Assembly: GCF_006345805.1 (NCBI RefSeq)
Contig: NC_043003.1
Coordinates: forward strand, 44,578,001 to 44,642,000
Length of the DNA: 64,000 nucleotides
Direction: 5' to 3'
Source: Octopus sinensis
Taxonomy: Eukaryota
Part shown: positions 14,713 through 28,018 of the stretch, piece by piece
Layout: every line of letters starts with the position of its first letter
Position numbering within the stretch: the first letter of the stretch is position 1
The notes under the pieces: generated by a model
Told to the model about the DNA's origin: nothing
Databases searched by the model: none
The model's input: only the letters and a program-made list of their open reading frames with translations
Made by a program: the position numbers and the translations under genes

Positions 14713-16300
14713 CAAGCAACAAGAATGGATCCGGTAATTTAGTACAATCGGTTCATACTATAACAATTTATTAAAGCTGCAAATATTACAGCAAATATAA
14801 TATGTCAAGTAATAATAACCTTGATATAAATACAAATAATAACAGCAATATCAATATTGTAGGTAATAGAGGTATTGTTATGTTAGATGTGAATGATAGT
14901 GTGAATGGATTAATAAATAGTAACCCTCTTTGGATAACAATATTACCTATAATAATGAAAATAATATTTATAATAATTTGAATAACAGCAATGTGAGAGA
15001 ACTGTCCTTAAATAATTCCAAATCTGAAAATTATTCCCCCAGTTGCAATTGTAGGATTAGATCAAATTTTCCGGCATCTAGTCGATGTTCAGTCCAAAAT
15101 GTAATCTATAAATGTACTATAATAACTTCTAATAGTAACATTTTTTTACATCGGTTTTTCTATTAATTTAAAAAAAAATTAACAATCATCTTTCCTCTTT
15201 CCGATTAGATCATAAGGCAGGTTGCACTACACTATCTAGCAAAATTTGGGAATTCAAAATTAATAATATTAAATATAACCTAAAATGGGAAATAGTTAGA
15301 AGAGCAATACCTTACAGAAATAATAGAGTAGGCTGTCAACTCTGTTCTATGGAGACCTACGAGATTTTAAAGGATAGAAAAAATAAAAATCTACTAAATA
15401 ATCGTCTAGAGTTAGGTCAGTCTCGCATTCATTCAAAAATCAGAACTTTAAAATATTTTAAATAGAAATTTGAAAGTTTTCCTATTGTTTTCTAACTGTA
15501 TCTTTTTAATATGATAATAAATTGAAGACATGCTATGCCAACTTTTAATTGATTTTATAGTCAACTAAATTAACCTTATTTTAATCATAGAATTGCACAT
15601 TTTCCCAATTCTATTCTAAATTTAACATGTAATACTATTACCCCAGTTATAATTTGATTTTCACTATAAATTTGAATGGGCACTGTTCCCCTCTCGTTTG
15701 CTATAGAATTCAATTGACCTCTAGATAGTTACCTAGATTATTTCTCACCATATAAAAATAAAAGTTAAATAAAAATAAAAATAAAAATAAAAATAAATAG
15801 CATTATATTCTAGTGTTAACCTTGATTTTCTAACTGTATCTTTCTCTGCCGATAACCTAAGACCCTCTTATAGCTTTCCTAATATCTCCCTTTCTCCTAA
15901 CTCCTACTATAAATTATGATGGCTTTCATTTGAAAGCAAGGTTTTGTCATCCTCACAGTCTCTTAAGAATTTCATGTTCCTTCCACACTGACCTAAATTT
16001 TCTGTCACCATAGAATAAACTGGCCCTTCTTTCTAGTGTCAATCTGTCTTTGTACATCCCCAATTTTTTCCCCTTCTGCTAATCTGCTTCCTTAACCTTC
16101 CCTACTACCATTCCTATAACTAAAGAAACTGTTTCTTGCAACAGTTAGATGTGAACTTAATCTTGGTCTGACTGGCATCCTTCTTCATGTTTCCTGAAAT
16201 TCATATCCACAACTTTATTGGTATATTTACCTTCTCTGGGATGTTACTAATTGATTTGAGAACTTTACATTATTGGAAAACCTATATGAATTTAGCTGAA
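14711..16300 (+). mobile_element. 5'-truncated Penelope-like element (Naiad-like): GIY-YIG endonuclease pseudogene plus 3' non-coding region
   Basis: 15041-15465 gives SCNCRIRSNFPASSRCSVQNVIYKCTI..[frameshift]..TTLSSKIWEFKINNIKYNLKWEIVRRAIPYRNNRVGCQLCSMETYEILKDRKNKNLLNNRLELGQSRIH. The CNCR, VIY, LS-IW, KW-I, C-LC-E and LLN-R-E motifs are all present. Starts at a (TA)n tract. Confidence 0.82.
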
Positions 16301-16480
16301 AATTACTTGACGTATTATATTTGCTGTAATATTTGCAGCTTTAATAAATTGTTATAGTATGGAACAATTGTACTAAATGACCTTATTGCTTATTTTTGGT
16401 TATAATCACCCCACATAATTTCATGGGTAATACCATAAAAAATTCTGGTACATCTAAATTGTTTTGCTGAACTGATATAG

Positions 16481-16520
<40 letters not shown>

Positions 16521-16699
16521 TGCGCTTAGATACAGGAGGAATGTCTAGGAATAAGCAAATTGAAAACAAGCTCAAATATGTTGTAGACGTACTTGAACTA
16601 GTAAAATCCTTTTCATTACTGTTTCACATGGGTTAAGTACCCCCACTGAAGAGAAAAAATATATTAAAATATCATAAACATCTTATGTTTGATGGGAGC

Positions 16700-16890
16700 A
16701 AGCATTTTGAACTCGTAACCCTCGTCAGGAGAAGATACCAAACAAATTTAAATCTAGCTTGAATATGAAGCAAATTTTCTTTATTAGAAATCAGAGTGTA
16801 TTAACGAATACCATCTGATTTTGACCTTTATATTGGACTCAACATTAAGTGGATGGTAAGGAGAATGACTGAAGTTTACCTATAATTTGT
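16700..16890 (-). mobile_element. Penelope-like RT thumb remnant (different clade)
   Basis: Frameshifted LQSFS.YHPLNVESNI.KGQ..SNKEN..RGY, resembling the S.HP..K..I.KGQ..R....RGYP thumb of PLEs. Confidence 0.45.
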
Positions 16891-18163
16891 TCTTTGATTA
16901 TTCATGTTATATTTTTTTATGGTTTGTTTAGAATATATTTTCAACATTGGTGAACGGTATTGAATTTTCAAAATATACTTTTGATCTATACACTGATGTA
17001 TTTCCTACTGATATATTTCCCTGCATTAAAATTTAACTATTTCCAGTTTAATATTCAGCAGTCAGCCAAATAGATATTTGAACAGAATTAATATTACTTA
17101 TCTTCTGTTAAATCGACACTGTATTTACATTCAAAATCACTTTGCATTTAAATCAATTCACATTGTGCTCAAGATTATCGTGTGAATTTAACATTTCTAT
17201 GCAAGAATTTATCTGTTCATTATGCTATAGGCGTCACTTTTCAGTTACCTCTTATGTTTGTCAGTCCTGGGGCCATGAGGGAAGGCCATCGTCAGTAACA
17301 CGAAACTGAAGTGCTATGAGAATAACACTTCTGTCGGAACTTCATTCTATCGGTAATAACCTACTATATTCAGTAAAAATATGTAAAACCGTAAACCTCA
17401 TGCACTATCAACAGAATTCCTCTCCACTGATTTCTGTCTTGACTTGTTTGAAATATCGAACAAGCTGGCTGCGTTTTGATTGCTGGAAAGCAAACATATG
17501 CCCATTAAGCTAGAATATGTGATGCTCGAAAGTTAATAACTCCGTGCCCAACTGTGATAACTCAGTAAGTCTTCTGAAACGTTCGCAGAAAATATCGAAA
17601 ATTATGGCCGCTGCATATAAGAAGAGTTATGGTTGAATGAGAAAATACATATGTATTTGTAATTGTCGATACTGGTAAAGAAGTCTAGTTAATGAAAAAT
17701 TCATATTAGCTTTCGCATATGCACAATGCGTAAATTATTGCATGTGTTTCGATATCTGTGTACATTATCATTTTTAGTTCATTTGAAGTATACCTCTAGC
17801 GGTGAATGTTTTAGATGCTGATTAGCAGCATGTCATTTTGAATATATCCCGCGCAAAAATGAGAGATCTTGGAATATATTTTTTTCTACTTCAATAATAT
17901 AATTTTGTTCATTCTTGTAAAAAGACAGTTCGTTAAGAAGACAAAAATTCATTTCTGCCATTAACGAAATATAGTTAAGTTTTTCCAAAACAAGACAATT
18001 ACACAGACAAACAACGAAAACATAAACATGCATATGTATATATCTGCATATGCAAGCATGTTTCTATGTATGCATCTATCTATGGATATATGTAAGCATT
18101 GAATGTATGTATATACATATGGATATATATGTATATACGTATGAATATTTGTATACACATATG

Positions 18164-21100
18164 ACAGGTCACTTTTGAGGCTCTCACATGTGCTAATGAT
18201 AACATGGAATCCAGTACAACCTGTTGCATGGTCGGATTGTCAGCAAATAAACCGGCACCCTCATCAGGCTATCCTGGGGAGGAGGATTTCTAGACACCCA
18301 GCAATATTAAAAACAAGACATGTATAAAGATCGGATCAACCTAGTGCAGGCTCAACGGCTCCCTAGCAATATCAGAGTTACGCAGAATTTCCGGGATTGT
18401 ATACGGCGTGCTAGAAGACCATTGAGATTTTGGCACCAATCAGCTTTTTTTGAAGCATGTCGCTAGGAGAAGGTCACTCTGATACAAAACCAGATATGCA
18501 AGGAATGGCTTTGGACATGTTGGTGATATTTGGTTTGTGCTACACATCATGGCGCTCCCACAACTCTGAGCCTGCGAATCATGTTGGTTCTGGCTTGAGT
18601 CTGGAAAATGTCAATAGAGTGGAAAGAGTCCATGAGGTGTCATGCAAACCTTATTCGAGCCAAATTTCTGCATAGGCATTGCTGACCTCTCCTCCATATG
18701 TGCTGCTTTTTCTCCTATATTTTTAATTATGTTAGTATATATGTATCTTTATTTTTAGAGTATATTTATTTTATTTTTATTCGAAAGTCATGCGGTGATG
18801 GGAATGGGACGGATCATGCAGACCTGAGGGATTGAAAGCTTGTAGTCAGCAACTTGAACGTAGGCAGCCTATGCTCGATATAAAGCCGTTTCCTTGTCGC
18901 CTAAGACAACGATAGGAAGCAAGGGAGGTTCTAGAAAAGGGAACCAAAAATGTCCATTCTCCTTGGGTATTTCAATGCTAGGTATGGAACAGACTGGCAA
19001 ACATGGAACGCTCTCTAAGACGTTTTGGTGTAGGGAAAATGAATAGCAATAATCCCGTGCTGCTGGAGCTTTCTGATGGACATGGACTTTACATCGCAAG
19101 CACTCATTTTATAAATAAAGGTAATCACACAACAACGTGGATGCATCCAACGGCCTAAAGTTTGGTAGTTGCTGCATTATGTCATTATCTGCAAGTGTGA
19201 CATCTATGACATTTGCAATGTCAAGCCCTTTCATGTAAAGCTGGACAGACCACTGTCTGGAGCGAGCACTCTTCCGGATGAGGATTAGAGTGAAAGAGAG
19301 TTGTCATTCTTCAGTTTCTGAATGTCCACAAGATATATGATGCTGTGTTGAGGAAAAAGCTTCTGACTCGCTCGTCCGCCACTGAAAATACAACAGTATG
19401 GCAAGATTTTCGGGACCAAGTTCTTCAATGTGCTGCTGATATACTGGGATATGCTACTGCCAGATACAAACACTGGTTTCATGAAAATGATCCTGATGTT
19501 GAAGGACAATTGGTTGTAAAGCTCCATGACCACAATGTATTGCTGCACAGAGGAGTTTCAGCTGCGCAGCGAATTATAGCACTTGTCCTCTATAACAGTG
19601 TCAAATCACTACTGTTTTTCCCTCTCAGGAAATGCAGAACACTTCGTGGGAGTATCGTGCAAGTTGATGCAAATGACAGCAAGAAGATTACTGTCTTATG
19701 GAGCAAGCTTATGGGCGAAAGAACTCTGCATTAGCTCCTTTGTTTTCCAAGGAGTCTTCTACTCTATATATACTAAGTCAGCAGAAACTACATGTCGCTG
19801 GATCGAACACTTCTTTGAACTGCTAAACCATGACTTAGTCGTGGATGAAACAGTGATTGATGCTATGCAACAAAGTCCTGTCATTGGCTCCCTAAATTCC
19901 ACGCCCTCAGTACATGAAGTAATGACATCAACAAGTAAATTGAATATTGGTAGAACACCTGGAAAGGATGGAATTTATGCTGTTGTGATTGCAACATACA
20001 TTCCCTTCATGAACTTATTAGTGTAGTTTTGAGGGATGTTGAAATACCTAAGCACTGGAAGGATACAATTGCTCTTCCGCTTTATAAAGGAAATGGAAAC
20101 AGAACAATTATGGAAATTACAGACCTGTTGTTCTACTATCAGCTGCTGGCAATATTCAGGTGAATATTCTTCTTACCTGCCTAAATGAGTGTTTCGTAAA
20201 TGATCTCCTGTCTCAATGTCAATGTGGCTTTCGATCTGGCAGAGGTTCAATGGATATGATTTTAACAGCAAGATAGATGCAAGAGAACTGATATGAACAG
20301 AATATGGAACTTGTCCAGGTATTCATTGATTTAACGAATGTCTTTGATACTGTGAATAGGGCCGTGCTATGGAAAATACTTGGCAAACTTGGATTTCCGG
20401 ATCACTTTGTACCTATAAGTAAATCCCTTCATGATGGGGTGGTATTGGCATGGCAGGACCCATTCCTGTAGAGAATGGTGCCAATCAGGATGGCATCATT
20501 GCTCTAACTATCTTTCCTTTGTACATCGCTGCTGGTTTTGTTACCTTTCTGAGAATATATGTCAGACATCGATCTTCTGGCCACCTACTTAGTCTATGCA
20601 ATTTGCTCCAGATTCAAAAGTTTTCCAATCTCTTATTCGTGACCTCTTTTATGCAGATGACTGTGACTTAATCACTCATACAGTGGATGACATGCAAATA
20701 CTTATTAATCACATTTCTGCTTCTGGTAAGGCATTTGGACTCAGAATTAGTCTGGGAAACATTGTTGATTAGTTCAAACTTGCACCAGGAAATTCATATA
20801 TGGAACCAGCTATGTCATCATCCACATGCGTGACATCTATCACATTTGTAATGTCAAGCCCTTTCATTGATCGGAATGCTGGACAGACCACAGCATGGTG
20901 CGAGCAATCTTCCGGATGAGGATTAGAGTGAAAGAGAGAAGCTATCTTGGTTGAAGGAACAATACTGAAAGTGATAGGCACGTTTGTCTACCTCATCCGT
21001 TATTGCGCCCTGGATGATGAAATATATTTCAGGCTGCATCAAAATGTAAGCAAAAATTGCTGTATACCGTGAATGTGTACTGATACCGCTTCTTTACATA

Positions 21101-21369
21101 TGTGACACATAGACCCTTTACAAAGGCCACGTAAGTGTCATTGAACGCTATCATGAGAGCACATATTCTGCATAAAGTATCTAAGTGTGCTGCTCGAAAG
21201 TTCATTGCTGGTGTAGTAAATGGGGAAAGTTTTTTTTGCAATGTTTGCAGTCGTGTATGCTTGTCAAGAGCAGGACACATTAGCCATCAACGGAGTCGCA
21301 AATGCCAAATATAAGTTAATCCTAGAGCGCACAATGTTCCTCGGTTACAAGTGGAAGGGCATCATCATA
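18164..21369 (+). mobile_element. Near full-length degraded RTE-clade LINE (APE + RT)
   Basis: APE motifs TTWMHP and WTDH; RT motifs GRTPGKDGI, GNYRPVVLLS, QCGFRSGRGSMDMI, FIDLTNVFDTVNR and LFYADD; C-terminal CNVCSRVCLSRAGHISHQR; (CAT)n tail. Many stops and frameshifts; 5' boundary approximate. Confidence 0.92.
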
Positions 21370-21377
21370 TATGAGTG

Positions 21378-21545
21378 AACTGTGGGTATGAAGCTTGCTT
21401 GCCAAACATGGGCCGTCATTTCAGTACCAATACGAAGTATCTTCGAAAAGATTCTTATCATATTCCGTCATGCCGAAACGCTTGAGAGGAGGAATTAATA
21501 TCGAGGAATCGAAAGAAACATGTAGTGTGAGACTGTCTGTTTGTG
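21378..21545 (+). mobile_element. SINE family B 5' half, degraded
   Basis: ctgtgggtatgaagcttgcttgccaaacatgggccgtcatttcagtacca matches the family B head. Confidence 0.5.
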
Positions 21546-21546
21546 A

Positions 21547-21584
<38 letters not shown>

Positions 21585-21589
21585 TATAT

Positions 21590-21790
21590 ATTCTTTTATT
21601 TGCCTCAGTCATTTGACTGCGGCCATGATGGAGCACCGCCTTTAGTCGAGCAAATCGACCCAGGACTTATTCTTTGTGAGCCTGGTACATATTCTCTCGG
21701 TCTCTCTTACCGAACTGCTAAGTGACGAGGACATAAACACACCAGCATCTGTTGTCAAGCGATATTGTGGAAACAAACAAACACAAACAT
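21590..21790 (-). mobile_element. SINE family B 3' half
   Basis: ttcttttatttgcctcagtcatttgactgcggccatgatggagcaccgcctttagtcgagcaaatcgacccaggacttattctttg. Confidence 0.8.
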
Positions 21791-21809
21791 ATGGATGGTT
21801 GTATATTTA

Positions 21810-22869
21810 CAGATTTTTATTAATATGTCACATGTTGTTATAAATCATATAAGAGCGCTTGCATCTACTTTAGTACAATCTTCAGAGTCTGAGGATTCTA
21901 CTGGAGTAGAGTTTGTTCGTACTAGTTTCTTCGATCATTTGTGATGTGATCTTTGCAGTGTGGGGTCGCGTATTGTCTTGAGGATACATCATTCAGATTC
22001 GATTCACTAGACCGTGTCTTTTTTTCCTCCAATGCTTTCTTCAAACGCTCTAATTGCTGACAGTTGACTTGACCATTGATTGCTGCATTTGGTGGTAACA
22101 ATTCAAAGTGAATTACTCATTTGCACTCCCACCAGATAGAGAGAAGAAACTTTTCTCCATGAAGTTCCCTTCTTGGTTGTGGTTGAGCGTTTTCCCTTTC
22201 ACCAAGCCACTGTTTATGACGTTTAACATTTCGATAGAAGATTCATTCTCGTCACCAGTCACAAGTCTATCCAGAAAGGGTGAAAAGAATTCGCAAGAAT
22301 GGAAAGAAGAGCAGATGTCAACTCGGGATTTGCGTTTGCTTTCGGACAATTCTTGAAGTACCCATTTTCCAAGTTTAGTAAATTTTCCAAGCTATTGAAG
22401 ATGACGATGCGCAGTTGTATAATTTGAACTAGTTTTATTGCCAATTCTTCAACTGATAATGCAGGATTTCTTTAAGGAATGCGTCAAGGAGCTTATGATC
22501 AAACTCAACTGGACGTTCTGTTCGATCTTCAACTTCAACGCTGAAATCTCCAGAATTTGCAAACCATCTTCTTCAATTTCTTTCATTCAAGCGTTTTCCC
22601 CCATAAACTGAGTATATTTCGAGTCGCTTCGGTCGTAGTGATGCCTTTTTTGTACTCATAAAGCATTATGTACTGCAAATTCTCATTGGATACTCAGAAA
22701 GGGTTTTAATTAATGAAATTTTAATTATATTATTCTGTAAAATAATATTTAATTAGTTTAAATGAACACAAATGCATAAAAATAATTTTTAATTCCATTA
22801 GACAATCTAAAATATTAAATTTCATTCAATTTTTAAAAAGGTAAAATCGGACAGAACTTAAGAGATGAG

Positions 22870-22875
<6 letters not shown>
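21810..22875 (-). mobile_element. Degraded mariner transposon (5' TIR present, 3' part deleted)
   Basis: MLYEYKKGITTTEATRNI..GKWVLQELSESKRKSRVDICSS..PFLDRLVTGDE..LLSIWWECK*VIHFELLPPNAAIN..QDNTRPHTAKIT; TIR-like tatcagctcatctcttaagttctgtccgatttt at about 22843-22875. Confidence 0.88.
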
Positions 22876-22915
<40 letters not shown>

Positions 22916-23167
22916 ATATATAGATATATATATATATAGAGAGAGAGAGAGACAGAGAGATAGATACGCACACACACATATACAATTAAATAAATAGACA
23001 GAGATATATAGGTAGACAGAATTACAGATACATTTATTTACAGACATGCTCAATCTTATTGCTTATCTATTAGTAAGCGGCAATACAGTGAAATGGGAAT
23101 AAATTTATAGTATTTCGTACATGAATATAAAGTTTACGCACGTATATATATAAATCTCTATGTATAT

Positions 23168-23492
23168 ATGGCTCAGTGCTTAGAGCGTCGAGCTTCCGAT
23201 CATGAGGTTCTGAATTCGATTCCAGGTCCAGGCTGCGTGTTGTGATCTTGAGCAAGACACATTATTTCACGTTGCTCCAGTTAGCTGATCAGTAGAACTA
23301 AATTGAGATATCACCGGTGACGAGCTGTATCGGCCTCTGCTTTTCCCTTCGAGAGCATCAGTAGGAAGGAGAAGGAAGGAGAGAGTGCATGGCGACACCT
23401 GGTCTTCCATAACCAACCATGCCTGGACTTGTGCCTCGGAGTGTGACGTTCTAGTTGCAATACCATAGTCATTCATGAGCGAAGGAGGTCTC
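23168..23492 (+). mobile_element. tRNA-derived SINE (head shared with the 61946 family, different 3' body)
   Basis: A box tggctcagtgcttag, B box gaattcgattcc, then ttgtgatcttgagcaagacacattatttcacgttgctccagt. Confidence 0.8.
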
Positions 23493-23615
23493 CTCATACA
23501 TATATAGATATATACTCGTACCTATATATATACAGATATAGATGTATAAACATATGTATACATACATATAATTATATATACATAGATACGTACAGAACCA
23601 CATACACTCACACTC

Positions 23616-23661
<46 letters not shown>

Positions 23662-23717
23662 GGCAACATGTATGTGGGTGCTTGAAAGTGCACGCTTATG
23701 TATATATGTGTGTACGT

Positions 23718-23765
<48 letters not shown>

Positions 23766-23792
23766 TATTTATATGTATTTGTATTTATATAT

Positions 23793-23884
<92 letters not shown>

Positions 23885-24355
23885 TGTATGTGTATTTCAA
23901 CATAAAGCACGCTCACATCAAGGTCCGTAATCACATAGAGATTAATAAATCAGATTACTGTTAAGGCAGTGTAGATAAGTAATTATTAGTTCTATCGCTG
24001 CAGCATAAAGGGACATATTTTAATTAATTTCTCAGTGCCATAATTAAAAACGAACATCATAGACGTGTTGAAAAAACTAGAAGAAAATATATTGATTGAT
24101 AAACAAAGGCAAAATGTAAACATAATATTGGCTTCGGTAAACAGACAGCTTTCTGAACATAAATTATTATGCTTCATTACCCATATTACAGCTGATCAAC
24201 AGTTTTACGTGTGATATGTATATGCATACATACATACACAAACACACTCACACACATAAATACATATACATACACACACATATATATCTATATGTATCTG
24301 TGTGTACATATATATACATGTATATATATAAACGTACATACATACCACGCGTATG

Positions 24356-24389
<34 letters not shown>

Positions 24390-24795
24390 ATATTATATAT
24401 TATATATATATATATGATAAAACACGAAACGTAACGTATTATTAACAAGGCACACAAAAATATATAACATACAGACGCACAAACGCTGAGTTAAGACATT
24501 CACTCACAGACATACAAGTAAGCAAGCGTGAATGGCTGTACTTCGAATTGTATGGATGTTTGCATGCTGTTTGGTTATATATATATATATTATATACAAA
24601 TGTGTGTGTGCGCAAGTGAGTCTTTCTGTGTGTGTTTGTATGCAAATATATACATGTATTCATGTGAGAATATATATAAATATATATGTGTGTGTGTGTA
24701 TTTGTGTGTTTGTGCGTAATATATATATATATATATATTTATTTATTTATCTATTTATATACATATATATATACGTAAATCTCTCTCTCTCTCTC

Positions 24796-24860
<65 letters not shown>

Positions 24861-25168
24861 TGCTCTGTATATGTATTCTTATATGCATTCTTATATGCAT
24901 ATATCTACTTAAATACAAATACATAGAGAGATACATAGATGAAATGATCGACAGATACAACGGGGAGCGGAATAGGGAAGAACAGAAATACAAACATACA
25001 GACCAGGGTATTGATACGGATACATACCTCCATGCGTGTTTATAAACTGTATATATGTGAGTTTATGCATTTTTCTCGGTAGTGTACAAAATAAAATATA
25101 ACTTGAAGTAACAAAATTCATATATACATATATGTATACATACATACATATATATATACATACATACA

Positions 25169-25227
<59 letters not shown>

Positions 25228-26149
25228 CGTGTGTGAGTATTTGCATTTATATGCATTTATATGTGTGTGTGCGTGTGTGTGAAAGTATGTACTAATATGT
25301 ATACATAATTGTAGTACACTAATACTCATACACAGAAGCTTTGAAAGCTTTTGATGATTATTCCTTCTCACATATTATTACAGAAAATCTCAAGTGTCAA
25401 GGAAGTAACCTTAGTTTCTTCAGTCTTATTATCTTAGCAGTTTGTAATACCGCAGACTACCTCACAGTGGATTCATCCGTGTCGTTGACAACTGCATATA
25501 TTATTTGTAATAAAAGCACGGCAACATCATTTGGCACACTGTAAGAATTCCTAATGATATTTAATTATGATTAGTTATGTTCCGAGTTTGCCATTCCCTT
25601 TTCTAGCTCGATAAAACAAGTACCAATCAATATTTATTGTCTATCTAATCGGCCAGCACCTTCCACAAAAACTTCCAGTAGAAAAACGATTGATTGGCTT
25701 TCGAATATATGTCATATCATGTTGAGACAGAATATCCATGTTTGTAGGGGTTATCGATATATATTCCCGTCAAAACTACAACCATAAAATTTACTTATCG
25801 TAATGGTCTATGGGCAGTAGCCCACCCAGTTCAAGGCTCACACATTGTTTACACATTAATAGATGGTCAAGATTTTCTGCCTCCAGTTTGAAGAATGGCT
25901 ATACACCCACGGCCAATGGAATCTAACGCCCTGTCTCTAAGGCTAAGCCTTTTATGGATGCGAAAAAATTGGTCACTATAACCAAGCATATATTTAACTA
26001 TATGTGAATATGCAGATAGATACACATATACTTAAATGTATACATAGACAACTAGATAAATAGGCACACACATGTACATATATGTATATAAATAGACACA
26101 TATATGTATGGGTACATATTACGTATACATAAAATTATATATGAATATA

Positions 26150-27428
26150 CGAGGGGCGTTCAATAAGTAATGCCCCTGATCAACTTCCCATAGCAGTAGA
26201 GCAACGAAACTTGGCACAGTTATTAGTCTTTGTCAACATATGAACAACCCAGAGTTACGCATTTCTCCCATCGTTTGATGCAGCTCTGGAGACCGTTTTC
26301 TTAGAAGACCCCAGCTTAGTCCTCCAACCACGACGTGACTTCAGAAATCAAGGCTGCATCATCTGGGAAACGCTTTCCTTTCAAAAACAACTTCATGGCT
26401 GGGAAGAGGTGAAAATCAGAGGGTGCAAGGTCAGGAGAGTAGGGGGATGGGGGAAGAGTTCATAGCCGCACGCCTGTGCTTCTGATCTGGTGACATGCGA
26501 GTTGTGGACCGGAGCGTTGTCCTGCAAGAGGAGGATGCCTTTGCTGATCTTGCCCCGCCTCTTGGTTTTGATAGCTTCTCTTAATTTCCTCAGAAGTGAA
26601 GCATGATAGGCTCCTGTAATTGTGGTACCCTTTGCCAGGAAATCTGTCATCACTACTCCGTCCTGGTCCCAGAAGACTGTGAGCATGACTTTGCCAGCGG
26701 AGGGCTGCACCCTTGCCTTCTTTGGAGGAGGTGAGTCATGGTACTTCCACTGCATTGACTGGGCTTTGGTCTCTGGATCATAGTGATGGACTCAGGTCTC
26801 ATCCTGTGTAATCAGACTTTTGAAAAATTTTGACTCATCTTCTTGGCACATCCCTATATTCATCCTCGAGCACTCGACGCGTTCTTGCTTCTGGAAAAGT
26901 GTGAGCAACCTGGGAATCCACCTGGCAGACACCTTTTGCATATGCAAATGGTCATGAATGGTAGTTTCCACAGACCCGGTACTAATCTTGACCTCATGGG
27001 CTATTTGGCGAATAGTTATGCGCCGATCTTTCAAAATGGCAGCCTCAACTTGACGGACAGATGCCTCATCAATGGCAGAAGGGATGCGACCAGATCTGGG
27101 AGCTGTTTCCACAGAATTCCGGCCATGTTTGAATTCACGATGCCAGCGTTTTACAAGGTCATATGATGGGGCATCATCACCATAAGTTACTTTCATTTCA
27201 TCAAAAGTCTCCTGTGGTGTGCGTCATTTCAAATACAAAAACCCGATCACTGCTCGACATTCAGCAGGCTCCATTTCCCACTTGACTCATTTCAAATACC
27301 TGTAAATCAGAAACCACAATTAGTTCGGAGCTGTAATTTGCCACGTAATTTATAGAAATATAAATAATTGCACATGCAAAATTCAAGCTAGCTCAAACAA
27401 AGGCAAGTGGGTCAGGGGCATTACTTAT
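26150..27428 (-). mobile_element. Young mariner transposon (irritans/Himar-like) with one full and one truncated TIR
   Basis: TA + cgaggggcgttcaataagtaatgcccctga at 26150-26179; only the inner 17 bp (tcaggggcattacttat, 27412-27428) remain at the other end. Confidence 0.95.
26223..27274 (-). pseudogene. Mariner DD34D transposase pseudogene
   Basis: MEPAECRAVIGFLYLK*..PRSGR..SARWIPRLL..ITQDET*..SAGKVMLTVFWD..QDNAPVH..[frameshift]SPDLAPSDFHLF..RWEKCV; a few stops and frameshifts. Confidence 0.95.
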
Positions 27429-27925
27429 ATTATATAAACATAGAGAAATGTATGTTATTAAACTATTAAGAAAGATCTAAACAGTCATAATAAATTATAC
27501 TTATGTTTGTTACTTAAATATAAATTGCATATTTATTGCACATGCCTTTACGTAGTTAGGGTAATGTTAAATGGATCATACGCTGTATTATTTCCACGGC
27601 GCATATGATATTTTGAAGTATAATTTTATTTAATTTCTAATGTGTTTACTACGACTAATAACGTATCCTGCAGCCACTGTGCACTGCTTTTTACTTAGTT
27701 AAGATTAAAGACAAACAGAAAACTTACGAATGGAAAACTCATTACATGTAATGTAGTAATCTTCTTGAAACACGAAAAGGTGTATAAATAACACGAACCA
27801 GTATTTATGGTTTCATAAAGTTAGCACATGTCTTTAGTAGTATTCTTTAGTGTAAGGGTACATATTTTCATTTTTGTTGATGTAAGAAAACGTACATTCG
27901 TTTTCATATATGTATATATATATAT

Positions 27926-28018
<93 letters not shown>

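Noticed and set aside
15041-15465. Selenocysteine (in-frame TGA) in Naiad-like endonucleases, as reported for some Naiads
   Set aside because: No TGA at the Cys-motif positions here or at 57400-57452, and the copies are too degraded to interpret other stops.
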